Source: Octopus vulgaris (Eukaryota). Taken from it: a stretch of DNA of 64,000 bases. A program made the translations under genes and the position numbers. The stretch spans positions 43,834,001-43,898,000 of the forward strand of contig OX597822.1 of NCBI GenBank assembly GCA_951406725.2. Reading direction: 5' to 3'. This document shows, piece by piece, positions 42,203 through 56,358 of the stretch (position 1 is its first letter; each line of letters opens with the position of its first letter). The notes under the pieces were generated by a model, which searched no databases, was not told where the DNA came from, and saw only the letters and a list, made by a program, of their open reading frames with translations.

Positions 42203-42203
<1 letters not shown>
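42020..42203 (+). mobile_element. Family A repeat (motif 42076-42115)
   Basis: TCTTT-CTGTGGA-A-GAGC gtag GCTC-GAAAA-CG-TT-AAAGA. Confidence 0.75.
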
Positions 42204-42240
<37 letters not shown>

Positions 42241-42872
42241 ACTTTATCTTCACCTTTTTTTATGCGACTCTGTACTCTATACTGTTTTCCCTCCTCCATC
42301 ATTATCTAATTCCCTTTTCTCCCCTCTCTCTTTCACCGTTTTCTATCTACCTCTCTCTATCCCCTTTTTGTCTTATATTCTCTCTCTCATTGCTCACGCG
42401 TGACCATCTTTCTTTTACTGCACGGACGTTCAAGATCATGGACATGCTTTTCTCTGTCTGTTCTATCTTTTCTTTTTTCAAAAAAAAAAAAAATTCTCCC
42501 AGTGTTCACTATTTTCCTCTCGTTCTGGTCTAATAAATCTCCATGTTTGTTTTCGTTCGGTTTCCTTGTATACCTCCACTGTCACTTTTTTTGTCTCCAA
42601 ATTTGACCCCGCCCCCCATAAATCCTAAATTTTATTTTAGAACTTACGGGAGCAACTATCTTTCAAGTCTGATATTGTCGTTGAATGCTCGAAATGTGAT
42701 GTAGATAGACGACCGACAACTCTGTTAACTTTCCTACTTTCCATTTTTTCTCGTTGTTTATGTATTTCATGTCAATTGCACCGTTGGAGATATCCTGTAC
42801 CCATATATACATATACATACATACATACATACATACATCCATACATACATGCATACATACATACATACATAC

Positions 42873-42922
<50 letters not shown>

Positions 42923-43032
42923 GTAACAGAAAAGAGGAATTTCGGTTGTCCCCACGTGGTGGATTGTAATGTATATAAGAAAAATAAAAACGGAAAATAC
43001 GCACACTTACATGGTTATAGTATAATTTTTAA

Positions 43033-43069
43033 TGTATCGACCGGTTTCGCAATCGCTATTCATGATACA
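43033..43069 (-). ncRNA. Minimal type-I hammerhead ribozyme, A3:U8 core variant, in the PLE pseudo-LTR
   Basis: Minus strand TGTATC-ATGAATA-GC gatt GC-GAAA-CCGG-TC-GATACA: perfect 6-bp helix I and palindromic ACCGGT. Confidence 0.78.
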
Positions 43070-46000
43070 ATGTTTAATTTATATGAAAATATATTTTTTT
43101 CTTAAGAAGAAAATGGGTCCATGTAATGGGATTCACGAGTGAATGATTTTACAAGTTGAAAAGTAAAGGGAGGTAATTGGCTGTTATTGTTATTGTTGTC
43201 TGTAAGGGAGATAAATGTTTAGGTTTTGTGTGGGGAGAAATATGTGTACAGAAAGGAGACAGGTTTAAAAAAAGGGGGCCTTGTTTAGTAGGGGATTTAT
43301 GTACAGTGATGTAATATGTAAAAATATAAAAATTGGTTATGCGTGCTTATTCAGACGCGTTTTGTATTTTTCAATGAAAAAGTTTCTTTATTTAAGCGTT
43401 CTAGTTGAGAGATTGTGTCTTTGCACTGGTAGAAAGGGAAGACTGTAAAATTTGGTTTGATGTTACCCGCACGTTTTTCTATGTGTTCACTAAGAGGGAT
43501 TTGTCTGTATTGCGGGAAACGAATTTGCTCCTTATGCAGAGTAATTCTCTTCCACAAAATTAAACTCGTTTGCCCAATGTACTGATGACTGCAACCCGAG
43601 CAGGTTATAAATTAGGTTCTCAGAGGCACAGGTGAAACTAGTTTTAATTGTGAACCTCTGTCCTTGTTTGAAAAGGAAGTCCGAGCCTTCAAGCAGGTGG
43701 GGGCAGGTTCCACAGTTCGGGCGTTCACATTTTTTAACCGTTCGTTTCGTGGTTGTTTTGTAAAGCTTCGCATTTGTTATTAGTCTCTTTAGCGATTTGT
43801 CTTGTTTTTTGCATTTGATGAGTTTGTGTGTTTTCAGGATGTCGTTCATTTTTGGATCTCTAGTTAGTAAAAGGAGAGTTTGCACAATAGTGTTAAATGC
43901 CTCACTGTTTCTGGGGTTGTGTGTTGATATAAAAAGTAATGTTTTGGTTTGAGGTGTGGTGCTATGTTTTTTTTGTTCTTAGTGTTTTTGTGTCTAATTG
44001 TTTGACACGTTTAATTCCCTCGTCGATAAGAGAGGATGGATATTGTCTTTCAATAAGTGTTGTTTTGAGGTCTTGAAGACGAAGGTCCCGAGTTGTTCTA
44101 TCAGACACTATTGTGCAGATCCTTTTTGCTAAGTTAAAAGGGATGTTTATTTTTATGTGTTTCGGGTGACATGAGTTAAAAAGAAGATATTGTTATGCGT
44201 CAGTTGGTTTATAATAAATGTCAGTTATGATTTCATTGTTGACTTTTTTTATCATGATGTCTAAAAAAGGAAGTTGTTCTTTATTATATTCCATTGTTAA
44301 CTGAATGTTACTATTTATGTCATTTAGTGTTGTTTTGAAATCCAAAAGTTTGTCGATGTTCTCCTTCCAGATGATAAAACAGTCATCCAAGTATCGCTTC
44401 CAATTTTCTCTTATGTAGAGGTAAAATGGGTATCCATTTTACCTCTACATATATGAAGTGATACTTCATATAAGGTGAATTCAAAATAGCCCATTATTAG
44501 ATTCGCAAGAACAGGAGCTGCTTTCGTCCCCATCGCAATTCCGCATTTCTGACGATAGTATGTGTCATCAAACAAGAAATAATTGTTCTAAAGTATAAAT
44601 TTTAAGGATTCAATAATAAAGGTCTGGTTTGGACTTCGGGGTACTTTTTCAACCATAATTTAATTGCTTTCATTCCATAGTCATGGGGGATGTTGGTGTA
44701 AAGATTGATAACATCGAAGGTGACCAATACTGCTTCTTCAGTAATCGTTTTTGGTAGGTGTTCTAACATGTCTAAATCATCCCTAATAAAGCTTTTGGTG
44801 TATTTCAGCAAGGGTTTCAATAGGATGTCTAGAAAATTGCTCAGTCGGTGGGTTTCACAGGCTGGTCCAGCTACAATAGGTCTTAAAGTCAAGTCTTCTG
44901 GCGTTTGGATGTTTATATATTTGCCTGGTGATTGTTTGCAGGCTTCATTGATTATCTTGCTCTTGTGTATTTTAGGGAGGCCATAAAAAGACTGGGTTTA
45001 CATTTGAAGTTCGTGATGTAGTCTGTTTCTTTTTCTGACAGGCCTTTTCCATGTAGAAGAATTAAGGATACAAGATTTTTCATGGTTTTTTGTTGTTTAT
45101 AGTTTATAATTCTTTCGTAGAAGGCCTCGTTTTCTAATATGGAAAGTACTAGTTTTTTTATAGTGTTCTGTGTCCATCAAAACTACAGCACTTCCTTTGT
45201 CAGCATCTTTAATTGTCAGGTCTGTGTCGTTTTATAGTTCAGTCAGATTTTTCCATTCTAGATTGTTGAGGTTAGGATTAATTTTTCGTTTAATGGATGT
45301 GTAGGGGAAATTTTGGATATGGTTGCAGTAGTCATCCAGTATTTTATTCCTACCCTTATGTGGGAGGTAATTACTTCTGTTTTTGACTAGTGATTCATCT
45401 TCGTTGTCGTAGTCAGTTAGTGCTTCTGCGAGTCGCAGTTTTCTGCAGAATTCCGAAATATTGTCTTTAATTTCATTATGGTTAGCTCTTCGTGGGGTTG
45501 GGGTGAACTTTAAACCTTTGGCTAGTATATTGATTTTTGTTATGGATAGAGTTTTCTTTGAAAAGTTAATGACTTTGGGTTCCTCCTGTACGTTTTGTTC
45601 CAACGTGTGTCCCTGTTTCTCTCCACTTGGTCTAAAAAATGTTGATTGAGGTTCGGTTGGTAGAATTTATTATTTGAGTTATTATTGTTATTAATTAAAT
45701 CAGTATTATTAGTACTTATTATATTCGGGTAGCTGGGGGTTGGTGTTGTCGCCTGGGTAAACTGGTTGGGGGCACGTTGTTAGGATTTCTTCGTTGGAGT
45801 GAATTCTTGGTGTGTTTAATTATGTTGTTTCTTCGTTGAAGGGTAAAAGGGGTCTCTTGTATATTTCTAGATGCTGGGTAGAAAAAATTATCACTCCTTA
45901 CTCTAGGCTGGTTTCTTCTAGTGTTTCTAATAAATGGGTAGTTCCTGTTATTAGATAGAGAATGGTTTACTTCTAAGAGTTGGGTTACTTTACTGTGTTT

Positions 46001-46907
46001 GTATTCTTTTGGATTTTGATTGTTTGATCTAGGTGGATGTGTATATGCATTTGTTATAGATTTTTTTATGAAGGGGTTATCTGAAGTGTAGTCTCTTTTA
46101 AATTCAGCTTCATAATTGAAGAAGAAGTTAATACTGTTTTCCCATCGTTGCAGGGAGTTTATTTCTTCTGTCTCACAGTTGTCTTTCCATAATTTTAAAA
46201 TACTTCCAAAAGTTGTCCCTCAGCATGTTTGGTGAGTTCGGAGTGCATTTCCTCATCGATCTTTTTGTATTTTTGTTCGTTACTCGAAGCTCTGAGTTTG
46301 AGTAACTCAATTTCTATTTTTAATTTTTCTAATGCTAATTTCTCCCTAAGTTTTCTTTGCTGTTCTGGTTCTTCTGGGATTGGTTTAATTTGAAACTTGC
46401 GTGGTAGGATTAACGGTGTTGAGTTACTCCATTTTTCGTAAATTTCTGTTTTATTGTTATTTTTTAGCATATTCCAAAAAGAAAATTTCCTTGTGTTTAG
46501 ATTTTTAGACCAAATATGGTTAACCCGACTTTTAATTAAATGTGTAGATGATTTTTTTTCAAAATTATTTGTCAAGAATGAATGCAGTGTCGTGCATAGT
46601 TTGTTCAAATTTTGATTAACCTGTTTTTGTAGATTGAACAAACTATGCACGACACTGCATTCATTCTTGACAAATAATTTTGAAAAAAAATCATCTACAC
46701 ATTTAATTAAAAGTCGGGTTAACCATATTTGGTCTAAAAATCTAAACACAAGGAAATTTTCTTTTTGGAATATACTAAAAAATAACAATAAAACAGAAAT
46801 TTACGAAAAATGGAGTAACTCAACACCGTTAATCCTACCACGCAAGTTTCAAATTAAACCAATCCCAGAAGAACCAGAACAGCAAAGAAAACTTAGGGAG
46901 GAATTAC

Positions 46908-46940
46908 TCATGAATAGCGATTGCGAAACCGGTTGATACA
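46908..46940 (+). ncRNA. Second copy of the A3:U8 HHR, 5' strand of helix I truncated
   Basis: TC-ATGAATA-GC gatt GC-GAAA-CCGG-TT-GATACA. Confidence 0.65.
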
Positions 46941-48154
46941 TTAAAAATAATACTATAACTATGTAAGTGTGCGTATTTTTCCGTTTTTATTTTTCTTATA
47001 TACATTACAATCCACCACGTGGGGACAACCGAAATTCCTCTTTTCTGTTACTACCACTACTATTTACCACACGTGGAAGGAAAATGCCACCAAAACCTTC
47101 CTCAAAAACTTTGGATAAGATTACTAGCGAGGACATATTAAAAGAATTGAAAGAAATTAACTCAAATTTAGTTATTCTAACTAACAAAATAGATGGACTA
47201 AATTACTGTACCCGAGAAGAAACGGAATTGGAACAAAGAAGACAATCTACAAATCTTAAGAAGAAAATGGGTCCGTGTTCTTTATGAGATTCACGAGTGA
47301 ATGATTTTACAAGTTGACAAGTAAAGGAAGGTAATTGGTTGTTATTATTGTTATTGTTGTCTGTAAGGGAGATAACTGTTTAGGTTTCGGGTGGGGAGAA
47401 TTATGTGTACAGAAAGGAGACAGGTTTAAAAAAAGGGGGCCTTGTTTAGTAGGGGATTTATGTACAGTTATGTAATATGTAAAAATATAAAAATTGGTTA
47501 TGCGTGCTTATTCAGACGCGTTTTGTATTTTTCAATGAAAAAAGTTTCTTTATTTAGGCGTTCTGGTTGAGAGATTGTGTCTTTGCACTGGTAGAAAGGG
47601 AAGGCTGTAAAATTTGGCTTGATGTTACCTGCACATTTTTCTATGTGTTCACTAAGAGGGATTTGTCTGTATTACGGGAAACGGATTTGCTCCTTTGCTC
47701 AACTAGAACGCTTAAATAAACATTTTTCATTGAAAAATACAAAACGCGTCTGAATAAGCACGCATAACCAATTTTTATATTTTTACATATTACATCACTG
47801 TACATAAATCCCCTAATAAAGAAGGCCTCCTTTTTTTAAACCTGTCTTTCTGTACACATAATTCTCCCCACCCGAAACCTAAACAGTTATATATATATAT
47901 ATATATATACTTTTTACATGAATCACTACGCCATTATTGTCCCACTTTTCTTCTACGCACCCTTGGAGCTTTCCCCTGCCCCCAAGGGGACAATACCGCC
48001 TACTTTGGGAACCACTGCTATAAAGTAACACTTACGGATTTACGCTGGAGGAGTTGCGGGGTTATTGTAGAAGAAAACGGTGAAAGAGGTATTCTGAACG
48101 GTCCTCTAAGTTGCTCTTCCCAGTCTCTTCTCATGCTGTGACTATTTAAGAGAT

Positions 48155-48627
48155 GCGGAATTATGTACATTATTTACATTTGACGGATATTTGTCATCTT
48201 GTTTGTTGTTAACACAACGTTTCGGCTGATATACTCTGCAGCCTTCATCAGATGTATTGAGGAAATTTCGAACCTGGGTTCTCATTATTATTATGGGGTT
48301 ATTAGTGCTCTTAACCACTATGCCATATGCCCGTGGGCAATTATGGAGTGAATTTGGGGGCTTATAAATCTAATATTTTCCTATCCTTCCTTAACACCGG
48401 TTCCCATATGCTACTCATATCTGCACTAGGTCTGCTTAGGAGGTTGTTGTGTCCTAGCATAAGTGCTTCTTTTAGTTTTCGTACTTTTCAGTGGTGTTCT
48501 CGGTCTATTGTTTTAACTTCATCCCACAGGGGGGAAGTGGAGGATATATCAACGGAAACGTTGTGTTAACAACAAACAAGATGAGGACAAATATCCGTCA
48601 AATGTAAATGATGTAAATAAAATTCAA
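48155..48627. mobile_element. Fold-back HHR repeat, family H
   Basis: Inverted arms ~48158-48232 / 48545-48626; canonical HHR in the left arm. Confidence 0.7.
48212..48255 (-). ncRNA. Minimal type-I hammerhead ribozyme, canonical core
   Basis: Minus strand ACAT-CTGATGA-A-GGCTG cagagtatat CAGCC-GAAA-CG-TT-GTGT. Confidence 0.8.
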
Positions 48628-48752
48628 ATGGCTCCGGAATTATCTAAATATTTTGCCCGGCGTGCTAACGATTCTGTAATTATAATAAAGATTTCAAATA
48701 TTGCTACAAGGGGGGCAATTTTGGGGTGGGGATGTATGTGGATGCGTGCATG

Positions 48753-48829
<77 letters not shown>

Positions 48830-49499
48830 GTGTAGATATATAAATAATTAAACTTATAAATAAGGGTATCTAAGTGATCCCACCATACTGACTCTAAAAC
48901 CACTTCATGTATTCAATACAGCACAAAATGAAAATGCAAATTGACAAATAAACTAGTTATATATATATGTATGTTTATATATATATATATATATGTGTAT
49001 GTATGTATATATGTATGTATGTATATTATATCTATTTTGGTATGAGAAATATATTAACAAATTTTAAAAAGTATGCGACCAACCGTACCTCTCGCATAGA
49101 CACCTCTCTAATTCTGCGCTTTGAATACTGAAAATGTAAGGAATTGTAAACTTGTTTTAATTCCATTAACGTTGTATTGGTTAAATATTACCTATATAAC
49201 ATTTAATAAATGATATGCACACACCTGCTCCCGCCTGAAAACAAAAACAAAACAGTTATATTAATATTTACTTATTTATATTGTTTGTATTAATTTTTTT
49301 AATAAAAAAATGCCTGTATTCAGAAAAGCACTTTCAAAGTAAAAAAAAAAATTAATTCTTAATGTTTATTATGCAATAAAAAAACCATGCACGAACCTCA
49401 AACAAATACATGACCAGTGAACACCATAAAATAAGTAATAATATTATTTACTATTTAGTTAAATGACCATTGTTTATTCCAGTAAGGTAAACTTTGTCT

Positions 49500-50000
49500 T
49501 GATTTCTGTACATTTAATATGAATTGGTGCCTATTTTCGTAGCCTATCCTGACTCAAGAAGCTTTTGTCATTAAATTAATAGCATGCTCGATTCCTTTGC
49601 TATGACAAGGAAGTAGTATTGGCAATGCCAGTCAAATCGTTTTATTTGTTTGTGATAACAGGTGCAGGTGCATATATCAAACATTTCATTGAACTCCTCA
49701 AATTTCTTATTAAAACTAGCTCCTCTTTGCTTGATAGATAATTTGTTTAATTTATAAATAGTTTCAATCAATCTCTCAATTTTTAGAGCTATTCGGTCAA
49801 ACACAATCTAAAAGAAAATTTGTCTCACATTATTTGCACATCTGCGGCAACAATCCGGTAGCATTCTTGCACTGTGGGTGAAGTTTTGGATATCTGTTCT
49901 TCATGTTTTCTTATGTATAAATAAAGTCGGAATACATCAGCCTTTGATAGGGTCATTGCTATAGAAAACTCTGCAGGAAATCCAATTATGGCTTTTACTT
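49500..50000 (-). pseudogene. Possible decayed DNA-transposase N-terminal region
   Basis: ORF 49571-49804 with MFDICTCTC..C and non-repetitive composition; superfamily not assignable by eye. Confidence 0.3.
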
Positions 50001-50419
50001 TATAAACCTAAATTGTTATAGTTCAAATTTATGTATTTTTGTAAAACTATATTGCAATTTAGGTCTGAAATAATCTGAAAAACATAAGAAAAACATTTAA
50101 CAAATCACTATATTTCTTTTCAATTATTCTTTAAACACATACTGAAAAGTTGGAATTTTACCATGTTGGAGAGGTAACTACCAACCAATTGTCTAACATC
50201 TCAATGTTTTTGCTATCTTTACTCATCAGATGATCTAAACAAGGCTTCAACAGTGAAATATGATCAAATGTTTCATAACCATAAGCAATTTAGTATGTGT
50301 TGGAGATTATATGATTAATATAGAAAATTAGAAATTAACTTTGAGCACTCCACAGACTCGCGTACCATCAATATAGTTCTCAGGGAGAATCGCGACACAA
50401 AGTGTCACAAGCCTAGCCC

Positions 50420-50722
50420 TTCCACCGAAGTCAACTTTGCCTTCCATCCTTTCGGGGTCGATTAAATATGTACCTGTTAAACACTGGGTTCGATATAATC
50501 AACCTAATCCGTTTTTCTGTTTTTGTTTGTCCCCTCTGTGTGTAGCCCCTTGTGGGCAGTAAAGAAATAGATATTTCGTTCTGAGTTCAAATTCCGCCGA
50601 GGTCGACTTTGCCTTTGAACATTTCGGGTCGATTAAATAAGTACCAGTGAGATACTGTAGTCGATGTAACCGACTAGCGCCACCCGCCAAAATCGTTGCC
50701 CTTGTGGCAAAATTTGAAACCA
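50420..50722 (+). mobile_element. Two 5'-truncated Nin/Deu-like SINE pieces
   Basis: caactttgccttccatcctttcggggtcg.. and gagttcaaattccgccgaggtcgac.. Confidence 0.75.
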
Positions 50723-50752
50723 TTATTATCATTATTGCTATTTTTATTATTG

Positions 50753-51085
50753 AAGGCGCATGGCTCACTGGTTAGAGCGTCGAGCTTACGATCGTGAGGT
50801 TGTGAGCTCGAATCCCGGACCGGGCTGCGTGTTGTGTACTTGAGCAAGACACTTTATTTCACATTACTCCAGTTTATTCAGCTGTAGAAATGAGTTGCGA
50901 CATCACAGGTGCCAAGCTGTATCGGCCTTTGCCTTTCCTTCGGATAATACTGGTGGCGTGGAGAGGGGAGACCGGTATGCTTGGGCGACTGCTGGTCTTC
51001 CATAAACAACCTTGCCCGGACTTGTGCCTCAGACAGGAACTTTCTAGGTGCAATCCCTTGGTATTTCGTAACCGAAGGGGATCTC
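50753..51085 (+). mobile_element. tRNA-derived SINE, same family as 29661-30000
   Basis: Colinear similarity over the full length. Confidence 0.85.
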
Positions 51086-52080
51086 AGACTGTTATTATTA
51101 ATACCGATATAGTATTCTGTACACTTCGATTTATCTTTTACTCGTTTCAGTAACTGTTCTACGACCATTCTGGTGTACCATCTTGTAATGTATCGTTGGA
51201 CAAATCGGACAATAGTTAGTGTATAGTACGTTCTAGCCGAACTGCGAATTTGCTGGAACGTAAATCAAATTAACAACGGTTGAGAGAGATAGTTACGTAC
51301 AAACACACGTACGCCCAGATAAAACCAGACAAAACCAAACATAGGGCAACATTTTCTGAAATTCTCATTGGCTGCTTGTTGTCGTTTGTACAGACACGGC
51401 GTACATGGCGGGGAAAGCAATAAAGGGCAGATTTATAAGTACATGACAGGATACACAAAAACACATAGATTTCAAATAGATCAATACTTATTTTTTAGTA
51501 TTGCTTAGCTTCAATTTTGAGAAAAACGAAGGAAAGTAAAAACGAAGGAAAGTAAAACCGTACCGTATGCAATAACTACGTCAAAAGTACCATCGACGAT
51601 AACGAAAGACGAATATTTCTAGAACGAAAAAAAAAAACACCGAATGTAAACCTATGTACTAGACTGCAAGAATAGGAAGAAAAACGGCATTGAGAACAAG
51701 AAGAAGAACAAAATCAGTAGCAACAACAACAGAAAGAGCAATAACAAGAGAAAAAGCAACAACGTTAGGAATAAGAGTGAAAGCATTATAAAATATTTTA
51801 ACAATGGTTCCGGGATCTGTTGTGATAGATAAGTGGTGTTTCCGATTTTTCACTACTTTATATTATTTACATATTGTGCAAGTGCTTATGTGCGTGTGTG
51901 TGTGTGTGTGTGTGTATGTACGTGTGTCTATATGTGCGTGTATACACACAAAGGCGTATACATTTATACGCACTCGTTCACTCACTTATTTAGTTTTGTG
52001 TATCTTTATGCATCCACCCGCCGTTTATATAGTAAAAAAGGTTTACATGCATCCATGTATGTGTGTATGTATATATATCT

Positions 52081-52124
<44 letters not shown>

Positions 52125-52373
52125 CTTATATATATATATATGTATATATAAATATATATACATATATATATATATATGTGTGTGTTATACACTCATATAC
52201 AATTATAGATATATATGTACATACACATATACGTATAACTGTATACGTATATGCTAATATACATCAATAAACTTATATTAGGTTGTATACACAAACACAC
52301 ACGCATATATATATGTTCATATATGCGTATCTAAGTTCATATACTTGTATATTTATGTTTGTGAACATATGTA

Positions 52374-52437
<64 letters not shown>

Positions 52438-52493
52438 CATACATGCTTACATACATACATGCATACATACATATATACATATATATATCATCT

Positions 52494-52524
<31 letters not shown>

Positions 52525-52799
52525 TGCAAACACGCACATGTATACATGTCTATCTATATATATGTTTGTATATGTAGAACTATGTACGCACTCATACATC
52601 TCTGTAAGTAAATGGTCTTGTTTTTCCTCTCAAGTGCATGTTTCAATGATTAATAAACCAACCCAGTATTGTTGCACTTACGTCAGTGATGTATACGAGA
52701 CGTCCCCAATTGCTAACCATAGCTGGCATCCGGAGCAACTGAAGCCCATTCTCAGCGTGTATTTGTTGATAGTTAGAGAATAATTTATATCGTTTGTAA

Positions 52800-52919
<120 letters not shown>

Positions 52920-52965
52920 AAGCTTGGCTTATGTATATGTATATATAAGTAAATATATATATATA

Positions 52966-54438
52966 TCCGAGGTACCGGATCTTCAGGGGGGTCTATACAG
53001 AGACGACGCTCTCTTCATATACCCCACCAACAATAGGAGTAAACTAGAAAGAATTAGGAAAAAGATCAGGCTTTTTTTCAAATCCTTCAATCTTAAACTA
53101 GAATTTATGACCAATACTAAAATAGTAAACTTCTTAGATGTTACGTTAGATTTGAATAAGCACCTTCACCACCCGTATAGGAAACCCGAAGAAACTACCA
53201 AATACATCCATACCTCTTCCAACCATCCACCCTGTATAATTAGCACCACGGTCCAAGCCATCTCAGACAGACTGACAAAACTATCCTCTAATAGAGAAAT
53301 TTTCAATAATCATGCACAACACTACAACCAGGCTCTCTATAGTGCCGGGTATAACCAGAGAATATCATATGTAGACCACCCGGGAGCGTCCGTCGGCCAT
53401 AAGACTCCCAATTATAATCGAACTCAGCACTCAACTCACACTAGCGATAATTCTAATTTAAACTCCAAACAACGTATAGGAAATAGGCGAACTAATAGAA
53501 TAGCACACAATAGTAACCCTCCCGACGAGAGCAATATAGATCCTATTAGGAGAAATAGAAGGGATAATAGTAGATTACGCAAATATATATGGTTCAACAT
53601 ACCTTTCAACTTAGCAGTTAGGGGTAAGTTATGTAAGAGAATATTCTCTATAATTTCCAACAACTTCCCACCCACCCACAAGTATAGAAGTATCTTCTCC
53701 AACAAAACTATTAGGATTTCCTACTCTACCCTGCCCAACATGAGCTGCCTCATAGCTAAACATAACTATATTAATATTAGAACAGCTAGATCAAGAGCAA
53801 ACCATAGCGACCAACAGAATCCCCCTCATCTAGACAGTAGACAATATAACCAGACTGGCAGCCATACTACCCAAACAGTTAGTAATAACACCCGCCAACA
53901 CAACAGAGGAAATACTACACCCATCAACAACCAGGAGGATACCAACGCCCCCACTCGTATTGCAACACCTCCGCCTGGGATTAGCAGCACACGACCGAAT
54001 AATGCAATGCAATGCAACTGCAGATGTGCATCAGAGTGCCCGCTGCAGGGCGCATGTAGGGCGAAAAACGTAATATACTCATGTGAGGTGAGTACTCAGT
54101 TTAACACACTCACCTATATTGGTTGCTCAACCTCCTGGAAATCCAGATACTACAACCACCGGTCCTCGCTGAGACACAGACATAAGGCTAACAGCACCTC
54201 CCTCTCTAAAAGAATTTGGGAATTAAAAGACAAATGCATAGGCTTCAAACTCAGATGGTCCATCATCGGATCAGCTGCACCTTATTTAAATAATAGAGCA
54301 GGATGCCAACTATGTTGTGTAGAACTCCTGAACATCTTGAAATTCAAAGACAAACACAATCTTATTAACAAAAGGTCAGAGTTCAAACCATCCTGTATAC
54401 ATAAACTTATTAATACTTTCAAATACTACAATGCTTAG
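52966..54438 (+). CDS. PLE RT C-terminal half plus GIY-YIG endonuclease (N-terminally truncated, frame open)
   Basis: [40 protein letters not shown]..CPLxGxC, NVIY..YIG, RYxNH, CQLC..E, INKRSE..CIH. The first ~14 residues in the ORF track are TA-repeat sequence. Confidence 0.9.
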   Translation, partial: SEVPDLQGGLYRDDALFIYPTNNRSKLERIRKKIRLFFKSFNLKLEFMTNTKIVNFLDVTLDLNKHLHHPYRKPEETTKYIHTSSNHPPCIISTTVQAISDRLTKLSSNREIFNNHAQHYNQALYSAGYNQRISYVDHPGASVGHKTPNYNRTQHSTHTSDNSNLNSKQRIGNRRTNRIAHNSNPPDESNIDPIRRNRRDNSRLRKYIWFNIPFNLAVRGKLCKRIFSIISNNFPPTHKYRSIFSNKTIRISYSTLPNMSCLIAKHNYINIRTARSRANHSDQQNPPHLDSRQYNQTGSHTTQTVSNNTRQHNRGNTTPINNQEDTNAPTRIATPPPGISSTRPNNAMQCNCRCASECPLQGACRAKNVIYSCEVSTQFNTLTYIGCSTSWKSRYYNHRSSLRHRHKANSTSLSKRIWELKDKCIGFKLRWSIIGSAAPYLNNRAGCQLCCVELLNILKFKDKHNLINKRSEFKPSCIHKLINTFKYYNA

Positions 54439-56358
54439 GTCTTATACCAACTCCCCCATGCAATTTCCTCCCACCCGGTGCAACCTGTCGGCTCCAGCAC
54501 ATCCCGATTTCCTATATGCGCGTGTATATGTGTATGTGTGTGTGCGTATGTATGTGCACATACGTGTACGTATGTGTACATATATACATATATGTACATG
54601 TGCGTGTGTGTGTGTGTGTGTGGGTGTGTGTATGTGCATATACGGTTCCCTGCATTTTCCTCCTATATATACAAATTTTGTCTCCCATATATGACTTCTT
54701 TTCCCTAAATATTTCTTCTCCTACACCCATATCCTCCCTATGTAGTCTCTTTAATTCCCTATATCTATACCCTTTCACATTTCTAACTCGGATGTTGAAC
54801 GCACACCGCCAAACTCCACTTCCCACCCTTCCAATTTTCAGTTCCCCCCGCCCGCCCCTACGTTTAACACACACCTCTAACTTTCAACCACCTTCATCTC
54901 ATGTTAAACTTTACCAAATTATATTTTTATCGTATTTTATGTTATTTTTATTTTTATTTTTATTTTTACTTTTATTTTTATTTTTACTTTTATCCTACTT
55001 CCATTTATCTTTATTTTTAATTTTATTTTTACTTTTATTCTACTTCCATTTATTCTCATTTTTATTTTCATCCCTTACCTTAACTCTTATAATTTTTATA
55101 ATTCTTATATTTCATTTCTAACTATTACATTGTATTTCTTATTTTATACTGTATTTTTTATTTCTAATCTTTACCCTTACCCTCATTCTTACCCATAACC
55201 TATCGCTTTACACCTCTATATATGTTTATTTACTTACCTATGGATCCACTTTTTGACTATACGAGCGTCCGCGTACGTGTGTATACGCATACATACATAT
55301 GCACGCGCATATATGTACATGCATACTTCGATATCTTATAGCTATACCCATGTGCGCGTGTGTCTCTGTCTCTGTGTGTGTATATGAGTGTATATGTGCA
55401 CGCACATACGGACACACAGCCGTGTGTGCGTGCACGTATAGACATGAGTACGGGATTCTTTACATACGTTCTTATACACATCCTTTAATATCTTATACCT
55501 AGACCTAGAGGCGTGGGCATATACGTGTGTGTATGTAGTGATGGGCGCGCGTATATACATGTGAGTGTGTACGCGTATAATGTCCGCGTATACATGCAGA
55601 TATTCTGTTGTATGTATGTGTGTGTACGCGCGTGCGTGTGGGTGCGTGTATGTTTATGTACGTGTTTACACGCGAGTGCGTGTGTATGCTTATAGGCTTG
55701 GAGGCGTATATGTACGCGTGTATGTGGGTGTATGTATCCATGATGATATGTATGTACTAAAAGTCCATTTAATTTAAGGAACCAGATTAAATGCTCATCA
55801 GCTCTGATTTACAACGCATTAGGTCCCCAGACGAAACTGTTGATTTACTGACAATTCTACAACTAAATTTTATCAATCTCCTGACCACCATGCTTGGTCC
55901 GTAACCTCTATACATCCCTTATCTTTACATTCTTTTACACTTTTATCATGTTTTTATCAGGTTTTTTTACTTTTATTTCTATTTCTATTTTTACTCTATA
56001 ACCTTATGCCTTTACATTTATTTATATTTCTTTATATTTTTTTATACCCCCTTTACATCTCCTTACAACTCTTTATATCTTTATCCTCTACAGTTTTATA
56101 TTATTCTATACTTACACTTTTTATACATTTTTTATCCCTCGTCCCGAACTCTCGCCCCTCCATCTTCACCTCTATATATGTATTTATTTATTTACATTAC
56201 CTCAACATCCAATTTTCCTCATTCTACATTGAGAGAAGAAAGAGATGGACGCTTCAATTCTATGCTGCTGCCGCATTATGTCGTACGTGAATGAGAGGAT
56301 TTGCATCCCCAACCAAGAATTTTTGATGTAACACATGTCCTTGTGGAAGCTGTTGTGC

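Larger units (their letters stand above)
42918..47890 (-). mobile_element. Penelope-like retroelement (Neptune-like), frameshifted, with several inverted segments
   Basis: Minus strand VINFS..LAKGLKFTPTP (45232-45603), LRPIVAG..FDVINLYTNIP (44602-44892), GIAMGT, RYLDD..LPFLD..IYYKPT (44193-44400), CERPNCGTC linker, SENLIY..YIGQ GIY-YIG region (43351-43885). The pseudo-LTR 42918-43065 recurs inverted at 46908-47053. Both ends on (TA)n. Confidence 0.92.

Noticed and set aside
46634-46936. Separate plus-strand gene
   Set aside because: Inverted duplicate of the PLE ORF segment 46342-46608.
54439-56350. SECIS or selenoprotein coding, as reported for some Naiad PLEs
   Set aside because: No in-frame TGA in the ORF, which ends in TAG, and no convincing SECIS fold by eye (ATGA at ~55740 lacks clear pairing). 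SECISearch would settle it.
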